A DNA stretch of 64,000 bases from an uncultured virus (IMG/VR IMGVR_UViG_3300028394_000069) (taxonomy: Duplodnaviria > Heunggongvirae > Uroviricota > Caudoviricetes), in IMG/VR virus record IMGVR_UViG_3300028394_000069; one strand, given 5' to 3'. The translations under genes were made by a program, and so were the position numbers. Each line of letters opens with the position of its first letter. The first letter of the stretch is position 1. Of the stretch, positions 40,024 to 49,262 are shown piece by piece. The notes under the pieces were generated by a model. That model had not been told where the DNA came from, did no database searches, and saw only the letters and a program-made list of their open reading frames with translations.

Positions 40024-40087
40024 TTTAATTATTTGGTTTATTATTCTTTCCTACAACTAATTATATCGGAGTTCGTTTTGAGATTAA

Positions 40088-40159
40088 TCGCAGAGGTTGG
40101 ATTCGAACCAACTTATCAGAAGCTTGAGCCTCTGGGAGCTACCATCGCCCCGCTCTGCC
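40088..40159 (-). tRNA. Atypical tRNA-like element related to the tRNA-fMet, with a non-canonical anticodon arm
   Basis: Acceptor core GCAGAG/CTCTGC and T stem GTTGG/CCAAC identical to 37334-37408; anticodon arm CAGAGG-CTCAAG-CTTCTG; own promoter. Confidence 0.65.
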
Positions 40160-40165
40160 TTATTA

Positions 40166-40600
40166 TTATAGCGGAGTTCGTTTCGATTCTCTCTGAGAGA
40201 GGATTGACATTTCGTTCCTATCTTTAATAATCGCGTTGACTTTTTCGAGGCATCGGCGCAAGGCAAGATCTCTGCCGTGCTTTTTAACGAACTGATCTTT
40301 GATACTGCACTCAGCGACTCCGATTGTCTCTTCCCAGCTGCCGGGCCAGCCTAGAGTGATTTCGACTTTGCCTCCTCGAGCTGTAGGCTGCTCTCGAAAG
40401 GTTCGGCGCTTAGTTGAGGCAACCATCGTATCGCCATCGTTAGATAACGGCCGACGCTTACGAGCAGCAGACCATTTCATATCGTAAGTAGATCTGAGAC
40501 CGCAAGGAAAGTCTGAGCTGTAGCGGTAGTAGTGACAACGAACGGACCAGCCGTCTAGACGGAGTTGGTGAATAGTAGAGTTAAGTGGTAGTGTATTCAT
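40166..40600 (-). CDS. Hypothetical protein
   Basis: ARGGK...G.A.CS..DQF.K..GR.LAL motif common in phage proteins. Confidence 0.7.
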   Translation of the reverse strand: MNTLPLNSTIHQLRLDGWSVRCHYYRYSSDFPCGLRSTYDMKWSAARKRRPLSNDGDTMVASTKRRTFREQPTARGGKVEITLGWPGSWEETIGVAECSIKDQFVKKHGRDLALRRCLEKVNAIIKDRNEMSILSQRESKRTPL

Positions 40601-40780
40601 TAGATAGTATAGTTTAGAGGCCTCGTGGAAACATTATCATCAAGTTCATTAAGACAGTAGCAATAAAAACGACCCAGCCTATGATACCAGCTACAATCAG
40701 TACTAACGTGATTAGCGAGTTCGGTATTTTCTTGTTACAAATGCGCATATGAGTTCGTTTATATTATGAGTTCGTTTATA

Positions 40781-41071
40781 TTATGAGTTCGTTTGTAGCG
40801 GCAGTTCGTTTGAAATGAAATTATTGTACGTTTCAAACGCCTGTTCGTATGCTTCGAGCGCTTCTTGGTATAGAGTTCGTTCCGTTTCAACTTTCTTTTC
40901 GATATCCGATAGCTTAACGAGCAGTTCCTTTTGAGTAGTTCCATCGGCTGCAGCAAGTTCGGTCTGAATCGTAACGGCTTTACTCTGGATATCTACAAAA
41001 GTTCGTAAATAATACATCTTGATTTCGGCGAGATGAAGCATGATCTGAGTAAGAATAGTAATTTTGTCCAT
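40781..41071 (-). CDS. Hypothetical coiled-coil protein
   Basis: Promoter copy at ~41085-41100. Confidence 0.6.
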   Translation of the reverse strand: MDKITILTQIMLHLAEIKMYYLRTFVDIQSKAVTIQTELAAADGTTQKELLVKLSDIEKKVETERTLYQEALEAYEQAFETYNNFISNELPLQTNS

Positions 41072-41110
41072 TGTTTATAAGTATATTATATTAGAGTTCG
41101 TTTTAAAAAG

Positions 41111-41182
41111 TAGATCCACTTGGAATCGAACCAAGATAAAAAGCTTAGAAGGCTCTTGTCTTATCCATTAGACGATAGATCT
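41111..41182 (-). tRNA. tRNA-Arg(TCT)
   Basis: Cloverleaf with AGATCTA/TGGATCT acceptor and CTTCTAA loop. Confidence 0.85.
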
Positions 41183-41290
41183 GTGAGAAGTTTATTAAAT
41201 TATTGAGCAGTTTAGTTCCTCGTCAATGGACAAGGTTATCGACTTGCTCAGGTCGGCAGCGGGCATGCCCGAAATTTTCTGTTGATGTTT

Positions 41291-41866
41291 GTCTCCCGGG
41301 GCAAAAAGTTGGGAGTTTTTGCCCGTGGGGAGACTCTTAGGGACTTAACGAGTTATAGACTTTGGTTACGATTTAGATTGAAAAAAGGGAGACTCGGTTG
41401 TCTCCCCGGGCAAAAAACCTTAACTTCTTGCCTGTGGGGAGACTCTTAGGGACTTAACGAGTTATAGACTTTGGTTACTCGAGTCAGTATCGAGAGGTGG
41501 TTTGAAGTAGTAATATTCGACAAGTCCGCGCACTTCACTAATCAGCTCTTCATCAGTCGCAGATTGGCCATCCTCACCGAAAACCAGTTCACGTAGGGTC
41601 GCGAGGGTCAGTCCTCTTGACTCATTAAGAGCTAGATTGGCAATAGTTAGCCCTTTTTCAGCAGCGAGGGCTTCATAATCTGATTCAGTAAGTGTGTCTT
41701 TCATATTATTATTATATCGGAGTTCGTTTAAAAGCAGAATCTCTGTAGGCGTTGCAGTTGTTGAGTTGACTTATTCTGTTGATGTTTGTCTCCCCAGGCA
41801 AAAAACTCTTAACTTTTTGCCTGTGGGGAGACTCTTAGGGACTTAACGAGTTAGAGGATCTGGTTA
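41291..41866. repeat. Three copies of a ~78-bp hairpin-plus-tail element (41291-41369, 41400-41478, 41788-41866)
   Basis: gtctccc..ggcaaaaa...ttgcc.gtggggagac followed by tcttagggacttaacgagtta. Confidence 0.9.
41462..41704 (-). CDS. Hypothetical protein, paralog of 41864-42208
   Basis: Shared LT...Y..LAA..GLTL.TL.E.V.G....DE.LI pattern. Confidence 0.7.
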   Translation of the reverse strand: MKDTLTESDYEALAAEKGLTIANLALNESRGLTLATLRELVFGEDGQSATDEELISEVRGLVEYYYFKPPLDTDSSNQSL

Positions 41867-42467
41867 CAGTTCATCACTGCGAATATCGCGGCAGAGGTCG
41901 CAATGGCATTGCTCTTCATTAGCATCGTTCCAGGGCTGACCCAGCTCCGGGTTCCACTTACCGATCTCCTCGATCACTTGAACGGCCAAGTTGTCGAACT
42001 TCTGTTTCGCTTCCTCCGCTTTGGTAAGGTCAACCCTCTTCGGCGCCTTAGGCAGAGGAGGTACTTGATTGAGGAGAAGCCGGCTAACTCCTCGAATAAG
42101 CGCTTCATCACTCCAGTAAGCACCGGCCCCGAGCACCATCTCTGAGAGAGTTACTAAGGTCAACCCTTGAGAAGCAGCGAGTCTTTTGTATTGTGTATTG
42201 GTTAGCATATTAATATTATATCTTAGTTCGTTTAAAAGCAGAATCTCTGTAGGCGTTGCAGTTGGTCTAGGACGCGTCTCCTTAGGCAAACCTAATTATT
42301 TTGAGACAAAAGCAGAATCTCCGTAGGCGTTGCATCTTTTTCTAGAGTAATAGTAGTGTTTTATTCAGGATACCAGCCTGTGTCCCATTGAGATACCACT
42401 TGATCCTATCAGCTGTATGTCTGATAGAGTCTGTGCGTAAAAAAGCAGAATCTCCGTAGGCGTTGCA
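41730..42467. repeat. Four copies of a 27-bp repeat (41730, 42234, 42308, 42441)
   Basis: aaaagcagaatctc(t/c)gtaggcgttgca. Confidence 0.9.
41864..42208 (-). CDS. Hypothetical protein, paralog of 41462-41704
   Basis: Start placed just after the promoter at ~42214-42233. Confidence 0.7.
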   Translation of the reverse strand: MLTNTQYKRLAASQGLTLVTLSEMVLGAGAYWSDEALIRGVSRLLLNQVPPLPKAPKRVDLTKAEEAKQKFDNLAVQVIEEIGKWNPELGQPWNDANEEQCHCDLCRDIRSDEL

Positions 42468-42484
42468 TCTTTAGAGCTTCAATT

Positions 42485-42877
42485 TCAGGACTTAATAAGG
42501 TTGTCGATGATCTTCGTAGCTACATCATGAAGACTCGGGTAGCTGATGTAGTTAAACTCACTGCCATGCTTGTCCATGAAGGCTTCCCAATCGACAAGAG
42601 CTTCAGGAGAATGACCGTCTCTAGGTGCTGCAGCACCAGCAGCTTGAATGATATCCATCAGCTGATCTGCCTTATCAAGAGCAGCTGCTGTAATCTCAGC
42701 ATTATTAGGATGGACGATCGCTCGAATGGTCTTACTAGTAGGAGAGACTTTAACCAGCCACCACCCATTACTCAGACCTTCATAGGCGTATGGATCGGTA
42801 ATCTGAACGTAACGATTGCCTACCTTCTTATATCTGATACTATCTTCTTTACAACTGATTCGATTATTTGCGTTCAT
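42485..42877 (-). CDS. Hypothetical protein
   Basis: YKKVG.RYV motif; own promoter. Confidence 0.7.
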   Translation of the reverse strand: MNANNRISCKEDSIRYKKVGNRYVQITDPYAYEGLSNGWWLVKVSPTSKTIRAIVHPNNAEITAAALDKADQLMDIIQAAGAAAPRDGHSPEALVDWEAFMDKHGSEFNYISYPSLHDVATKIIDNLIKS

Positions 42878-43024
42878 TGAGGATTTTATCTTTCTACTTA
42901 GTTATTATATCGGAGTTCGTTTAACAGAGATTAACGCTAAGCGCTAAGAAGCTGTCTACTACAGTGAGAATATACTAATCAGTATTCAACAAGGAAAGAC
43001 CCAGCGCTTCTCAGCGCATTCATA

Positions 43025-43438
43025 CTATTCTTCATCTCCGCAAGACCATTCTGCATCTGGAGGAGCGATGTCGGTGATTTTGATGCTCCATTGAGGGGTC
43101 GCTTTAGGAGTCTCCGCGACCTTAGGAGCCTTCGTGACCTTAGGAGTCTTAGCTGGATTCTTAGTGCGTGCAGCAGCTCGGAGTTGCCGACCATTGGCGA
43201 GAAATGCTTGATACTTCTCTTTGCGGGTCATATCGGCGATTTCCTTGGCAATTTGTGCCTCGGCGTTCATATCTTCCAGAAAGGCGGCGATAAAATCGGC
43301 GTTCTTAAAGGTCTCCGTAATAAAGAAGTGCATCATTGTCGCTTCGGTCATTCCTGGAATCTTGCTACGCAGTTCATTTAGAAGGACTTTGCTTTCAGGA
43401 GAAGTCAGAACGCCGCAGTATTTAGGTTTTTCAGTCAT
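43025..43438 (-). CDS. Hypothetical protein with a PK-rich basic tail
   Basis: Own promoter; TPKV/APKV repeats. Confidence 0.65.
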   Translation of the reverse strand: MTEKPKYCGVLTSPESKVLLNELRSKIPGMTEATMMHFFITETFKNADFIAAFLEDMNAEAQIAKEIADMTRKEKYQAFLANGRQLRAAARTKNPAKTPKVTKAPKVAETPKATPQWSIKITDIAPPDAEWSCGDEE

Positions 43439-43938
43439 TGTTTTGAGTATTGGTTGGTTATTACCCCATCATTATATCGGAGTTCGTAAAGCTGAGCGGA
43501 AATGGGGTTTGCGGTAATGGGTAATGGGGTTTCTCCTTTTTCTGATTAGGATTGGTTTTCTCCTTTTTCTAATTTTTCTGATTAGGCTCATATTTTCTCC
43601 TAAATCTTTTGTTTCTGCTCAATTCTTTTATTTCTGCTCATTAGTAAGAACTGTATTTTTCAGCAGAAATTCACCACTCTCTTATATTTCTCATATTTCA
43701 ACCGCAAACCCCTTTTTTGTCTCAATATTTTAGTATTTCCTTCAAGAAGGAAACCATTTCCTTATTGCAGCCTTTCTGTCTTCCTCTTGTATTTTACGCT
43801 CGTTGGCGTTCATTTAGAAGAGGTTAAGATACATTAGCGATTTTGCCAAGTTACACGCTAGCCAAATGATAATCCAACAGATCACAATAGCTATCAGGAT
43901 AACTTTATCTAATCCTCCATTACCTTCTGGCTTCATCA

Positions 43939-44193
43939 TCATGATTCATTCTCTTCATCTTGTTCGTCGTTCTTGATTGCTTCGATAAAGGCATTATTGT
44001 ATACATAATCGAACAAGATATCGTAATTGTATACTCGTTCTTCATCGCTATCACTAGCAACAATGTTTAATGCTTTTGCTAGATTTTCGAACATTTCGTC
44101 TTGTTTCTTTTGCATTGCTTGGATATCTTCTCGCACTGCGTCAATTAGAATTTGTTCTTCGTCGGTTACTTCTCGTTTTGTTAGTTCAATCAT
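43939..44193 (-). CDS. Acidic hypothetical protein, paralog of 45824-46069
   Basis: Shared LI...R..IQA.Q.KQD..F..L..ALN...YD.LFDYV.NN...EENES. Confidence 0.75.
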   Translation of the reverse strand: MIELTKREVTDEEQILIDAVREDIQAMQKKQDEMFENLAKALNIVASDSDEERVYNYDILFDYVYNNAFIEAIKNDEQDEENES

Positions 44194-44225
44194 ATTATTA
44201 GGTTGTTATTATTTTGAGGTGATTA

Positions 44226-45827
44226 TTATTTTGAGATCATTTTATTTCGAAAGTAATCTTTTACAGAAGACCCTACAGAAGACCCTACAGAATCCCATAC
44301 AGAATACCTTACAGAAGACCCTACAGAATCCCATACAGAATACCTTACAGAATACCTTACAGAAACCCTTACAGAATACCTTACAGAAACCCATACAGAA
44401 TACCTTACAGAAGACCCTACAGAATCCCATACAGCTTTATAAACGGTAGAGTTGTTCATTGCTTTATTTTATCGGAGTTCATTTGAAAAGTAATCTTTTG
44501 CAGAAGACTCTACAGAACGCCATACAGAAACCACTACAGAAACCCTTACAGAATCCCATACAGAATACCTTACAGAAGACCCTACAGAATCCCATACAGA
44601 ATCCGCTACAGAACTCCTTACAGAATCCCTTACAGTCCTACGAATGATAGTATTATTCATTGCTTTATTTTATCGGAGTTCGTGTTGTAAAGTAATCTCT
44701 TACGGAACTCCGTATAGAATCCTCTACAAAATCCGCTACAGAATCCCCTACAGAATCCCATACAGAATTCCACACAGGAACACTTACAGAAGCCCCTACA
44801 GAACCCTCTATAGAAGCCCATACAGAATCCCATACAGAATCCCATACAGAATCATTAATGTTAAAGTTGGTCATTGCTTTATTTTAGTGGAGTTCGTTTT
44901 GTTGAAGTAATTTTTTGCAGAATCGCTTACAGAATCTACTACAGTAACACTTACAGAACGAGCTACAGAACTCCATGCAGAACCCCTTACAGACCCCCTT
45001 ACAGAATCCTCTACAGAACTCCATACAGAACCCGCTACAGAATCCCTTACAAAATCCTCTACAGAATCCCCTACAGAATCCGCTACAGCCCACCATACAG
45101 AATCATTAATGTTAAAGTTGGTCATTGCTTTATTTTAGTGGAGTTCGTTTTGTTGAAGTAATCTTCTACAGAATCCCTTACGGAACTCCATACAGAATCC
45201 CATACAGAATCCGATACAGAAATCCATACAGAATATCTTACAGAACTCCATACAGAACCCCATACAGCGTCCCATACAGAACCCGCTACAGAATCCCTTA
45301 CAAAATCCTCTATAGAATCCCTTGCAGAATAATATACAGCTTCGCGAATATTAGTGTTGGTCATTGCTTTATTATTCATTTTTATTGGAAGTAATCTCTT
45401 ACAGAATCTTCTACAGAACTTCTTATAGAATCCGTTACAGAACTTCTTACAGAAGACCCTACAGAATCCCATACAGAATTCGCTACAGAGTCCCATACAG
45501 AGTCCCATACAGAAGTTCCTACATAATACCATACGCAATCCTCTACAGAGTCCCATACAGAATCCCATATATAATCCCATACAGAAGTTTTTACAAAGTT
45601 GTCAATTTTATTCATAATTATTTTTGTTTGAAGTAATCTTTTATAGAAGCGAATACAAAAGGCGATATGGAGCCTATTGCAGAAGATCTTACAGAAGCCC
45701 TTACAGAAAATCTTATAGAATCCGCTACAAAAATCCATACAATACCTCTTACAGAATTATATATAGAAACTGTTACAGCACCGTTAATTTTATATAAACT
45801 AGCATTGCCTTCTAGTTTCATTCTCAT
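44226..45827 (-). other. Block 2 of the S-V-x-x repeat microprotein array: 7 ORFs (45827-45618, 45615-45382, 45379-45122, 45125-44871, 44874-44665, 44660-44469, 44459-44226)
   Basis: 12-nt TCTGTA-N6 repeats; each ORF starts with M, mostly N-rich, and carries (D/N)YF near the end; ORFs abut head to tail. Confidence 0.8.
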
Positions 45828-46069
45828 GATTCATTCTCTTCTATTGCTGTTACAACTGGTTCGAAGAAGATATTATTATGCACATAATCGAACAGATAAT
45901 CATAGTCTGGCGCTCGATCGTCTTCAGGTCCTATTTTTAGATTGAGAGCTTGCAAGAGATTATGAAACACCACGTCTTGTTTTTGTTGCAAAGCTTGAAT
46001 AGTATCTCTTGCTTCATGAATTAGTTTATTATCTTCTGTGGTTATTTCTTTGCTTTTTAGTTTAATCAT
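45824..46069 (-). CDS. Hypothetical protein, paralog of 43939-44193
   Basis: Closes block 1 of the array; see paralog. Confidence 0.75.
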   Translation of the reverse strand: MIKLKSKEITTEDNKLIHEARDTIQALQQKQDVVFHNLLQALNLKIGPEDDRAPDYDYLFDYVHNNIFFEPVVTAIEENES

Positions 46070-46104
46070 ATTGTTATTATTTTGAGGTTATTATTATTTT
46101 GAGT

Positions 46105-47073
46105 TCATTTTATTTTATCGGAGTTCGTTTGAAAGTAATCTCTTGCAGAATCCCATGCAGAAACCCTTACAGTATCCGCTACAGAATTCCCTACAGAAAT
46201 CCCTACAGAATCCCATACAGAATATCTTACAGAATTCCATACAGAATCTCCTACAGAACCCCATACAGAATTCTCTACAGAATTCTCTACAGAACTCCAT
46301 ACAGCTTTATGAATGTTAAAATTGGTCATAATCATTTTTGTTTGAAGTAATCTCTTACAGAACCCTTTGTAGAAATACCTACAGAAAGCCATACAGAAGT
46401 CCTTACAGAATTCAATACAGAATTCCATACAGATAATTCTGTAGCATCGTTAATTTTTTTAATATTCATTTTTGTTAAAATAATATTTTACAGCATCTGC
46501 TACAGAAGACCTTACGTTCCACCATACTGCATAAGTATTTTCTTTTGAAGGCGGCCATTTAGAATATTTTACTGTACCAGTTATTCTATGACATACTGTG
46601 TTACCTATAGAGGAATTTACTGTACAATGTACATTTTTCCATACAGCTTCATTTATCCATAGAGCTTCACGAACGGTGTAGTCACTCATTGCTTTATTTT
46701 AGCGAAGTTCGTTTTGCGAAGTAATCTTCTACAGAACGCTCTACAGAATCACATACAGAATATCCTACAGATTCCTTTGCAGAATTCCATACAGAATCCC
46801 ATACAGAATCATCTACAGAATTCCATACAAAATCTTCTACAGAATCTTCTACAGAATATCTTATAGCATCGTTAATTTTATTCATAATTATTTTTGTTTG
46901 AAGTAACCTCTTACAGAGTCATCTACAGGATTTTTTATAATGATACGTTTAAAATTAAAAGAATCATTATACCATAGAGCATAATCTGTCAACATCCATA
47001 TTTTAAATCCTACATTATTCCAAACTCCAAGGTTAGAAGACTTTAAAGATTTTGTCACATTGTCGTTATTCAT
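46105..47073 (-). other. Block 1 of the S-V-x-x repeat microprotein array: 5 ORFs (47073-46888, 46885-46694, 46689-46459, 46469-46332, 46329-46105)
   Basis: Same repeat and YF terminus. The 45-aa ORF 46469-46332 is missing from the ORF track. Confidence 0.8.
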
Positions 47074-47084
47074 TTTATTATAAT

Positions 47085-47121
47085 AAAAAAGCCCTCTGAA
47101 GTTTGATGTCTTCAGAGGGCT
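47085..47121 (-). terminator. Intrinsic terminator
   Basis: agccctctgaag...cttcagagggct with a T-tract on the minus strand. Confidence 0.85.
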
Positions 47122-47134
47122 ACTGTTTCAGATG

Positions 47135-47473
47135 TTAATCTGCTACATTTCGTTTTGCCTGAGCGATGTAGTCATACTCTTGCTGAATTCCAATCATATA
47201 AGTTCCAGGAACAATATCAATCGTAGTATGACGTTCAGCCATCACGCAACTGATATCAGTCGGCACCGTACTATTCATATAACGCTTACCAGTAGTCTTG
47301 GAGTTATAAAAAGTAACTCCAGGCTTATTAGCGATAACGTGATGGTTTCCCGTCACTTCACTATTAGCAACGATAACTGATTTAGTAGTATGAGTCTCAG
47401 CAATAGCGTCTGCAGGCAGGCTTGCGCACTGAGCTACGATACATTCACCGTGAAGGATAATTTTATTTTTCAT
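47135..47473 (-). CDS. Small His-rich beta protein, partner of the DUF6745-like gene
   Basis: HGE, EVTGNHH, H..I...PG.Y...QQEYD...RNVAD motifs. Confidence 0.75.
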   Translation of the reverse strand: MKNKIILHGECIVAQCASLPADAIAETHTTKSVIVANSEVTGNHHVIANKPGVTFYNSKTTGKRYMNSTVPTDISCVMAERHTTIDIVPGTYMIGIQQEYDYIAQAKRNVAD

Positions 47474-47505
47474 ATATTTATTTTTTTTATTTATTTTTAT
47501 TTAAA

Positions 47506-48465
47506 TTAAGCGATACCAACAATTTCATGATCAGTCAAATCAATGTCACCAAGTCGTTCAGCAATTGCTTGCTTAAGATTCTTACACTCAGGAGATACAC
47601 TCTCAACGTGCCAGACGCCAACGGTCTGATTCAACATCTTCAAGTGAGGAGCGTAAGTAATGTTAGGGAAAAGAGCAGCCATATCCCAGAGTTCATACTC
47701 ACTCTTCGTCCACCATTCTTCGTTAGGATAGTTTTCGTAAGAGTCAATCTTCTTACCAAAAGAAAGCATACGCTCTACCCCAAACTTTCGAACAAACTCC
47801 ATCTTATGATCAGCATTATCAAGATCGTTATACTGCTCGAGCGTCAGTTGGTTACTCGGAGTAACTGCAAGCCATTTCGGGACTCGAGTCCCGTTGAGGA
47901 TAAAGATCTCATTCAAGCCATGACCATCGTATGCAATCGCAGGACCGCCATCACAATGGGTAACGTTATCTTCATTAAGATGAATCACAGTAGGCTTCTG
48001 ACTCACGACTACTGCAGTAGGCATCGGATAGATCTGACCGAGCTTATGAGTCGCATGCCAGATGGCATAATTCTCGCTCGCATCTTTAAAGTCAATACCT
48101 ACTTCGTCTTTGAAAAAGTCATAGAAGCTCCAAACGTTTGCATCGAACGAACCATTAAGGTAAGGAGTCGTATAAGTTTCAATTTCCATTTTAAGTCCTT
48201 TGACAAAGTATTCTTCAACTTTCGCAGGAACATCTTTCACTTCAACACCAGCTTTAAGGAAGTGACAAGCAACCCAAGCTTCTACAGGGTTATTGACAAT
48301 AATCACTGGAGTAGTCTCAGTCTTAAGCAGATGAGTCTGCACCTTATGGATGATTTCGACAGTCTCGTCGTAATCAAGGCGATCAGTATTAATACCGATA
48401 TTGAGCCACTTCTTGGTATACTCAGGCATTTTAGCGGTTTGTTCAGGAGTAAGGGATTCGATCAT
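47506..48465 (-). CDS. DUF6745-like protein
   Basis: IESLTPEQ...Y.KKW..IG, W.FYDFF, KP..IH....THC.GGPAI, NG.RVP and NAD...FVRKFG. Family recognised from memory. Confidence 0.7.
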   Translation of the reverse strand: MIESLTPEQTAKMPEYTKKWLNIGINTDRLDYDETVEIIHKVQTHLLKTETTPVIIVNNPVEAWVACHFLKAGVEVKDVPAKVEEYFVKGLKMEIETYTTPYLNGSFDANVWSFYDFFKDEVGIDFKDASENYAIWHATHKLGQIYPMPTAVVVSQKPTVIHLNEDNVTHCDGGPAIAYDGHGLNEIFILNGTRVPKWLAVTPSNQLTLEQYNDLDNADHKMEFVRKFGVERMLSFGKKIDSYENYPNEEWWTKSEYELWDMAALFPNITYAPHLKMLNQTVGVWHVESVSPECKNLKQAIAERLGDIDLTDHEIVGIA

Positions 48466-48541
48466 TTGATTTAGTTTGTTATTAGTTTGTTATTAGTATT
48501 TCTACTGTACGTTAATTATATCTGAGTTCATTATTGATTTT

Positions 48542-49237
48542 TTAGTCGTTATAATAGCCATTAAAATATTCATCACGGAATTTTTCCGACTCATTCACAC
48601 ATTTAATAGCTCTATCTACATACTGTTGTAGTTTAGCTTTATAAAACGCTGTCGCGTTTTTATTAGCATCTTTTGACGTGTAATGAGGTTGTTTACGTAA
48701 TGCATTTGTATACTTTAGCGCTTCTTGTACGGCTACTTCTGCTACTTCTGCTAGATTAGCATTTATACGAGCTACTTCAGCAGCTTTTACAATAGATAGA
48801 TGCATGTCTGTGGGTATGTTAAAAAGCTCGTCATCAGTAATATCAGTAATATCAGTAAGTGAATCATTGTTAAGACTGGCTGTATTTGCTGTAGAATAAA
48901 TCTCATCGAGTTTTTTCTTTAATTCTGCGAGTGCAATTTTATTTTTTGACTGATAGCGATAACCATAATTATTATTAGAATTATCAGGATCATTATAAGA
49001 TTCTAAGATAGTATTAATTTGAGGAACCAAATCTAGGATACTATCGTCATTAATTTGATAATTACAATTAGCGACAGTATCTAAAGTATCACTCAAGGCT
49101 TGAAGCTCGTCATAAGCGCGTAAATTATGAGTATACTCTACATAATTTCTAATTAATGCATCTTCATATACAGCAAGAGCATCATTGCTAAGTTCACGTT
49201 GTTTTGATGTTATGTTGTCGTTGTGTTTATTATTCAT
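48542..49237 (-). CDS. Hypothetical helical protein
   Basis: Long ORF. Confidence 0.6.
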   Translation of the reverse strand: MNNKHNDNITSKQRELSNDALAVYEDALIRNYVEYTHNLRAYDELQALSDTLDTVANCNYQINDDSILDLVPQINTILESYNDPDNSNNNYGYRYQSKNKIALAELKKKLDEIYSTANTASLNNDSLTDITDITDDELFNIPTDMHLSIVKAAEVARINANLAEVAEVAVQEALKYTNALRKQPHYTSKDANKNATAFYKAKLQQYVDRAIKCVNESEKFRDEYFNGYYND

Positions 49238-49262
49238 AAGCTGTTTTCTTTATTATATAAAA

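Noticed and set aside
40088..40159. Opal suppressor tRNA or genetic-code reassignment
   Set aside because: TCA is not centred in a 7-nt loop, and core genes translate intact in code 11 with TGA and TAG used as true stops (e.g. gp23 ends in TGA).
41730..42467. 27-bp repeats as a CRISPR array
   Set aside because: Gaps are about 477, 47 and 106 bp, one gap contains a gene, and no cas genes are present.
44027..46428. Cys-rich (FCxG) minus-strand ORFs and PYRI/LQNP plus-strand ORFs
   Set aside because: These are shadow frames of the 12-nt repeat. Only the S-V-x-x frame has consistent starts, YF ends and promoters.
43939..47073. Diversity-generating retroelement behind the array variation
   Set aside because: No reverse transcriptase in the window and no template/variable pair with adenine-specific differences.
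47527..48474. 315-aa plus-strand ORF
   Set aside because: Antisense shadow of the DUF6745-like gene, with no motifs or promoter.
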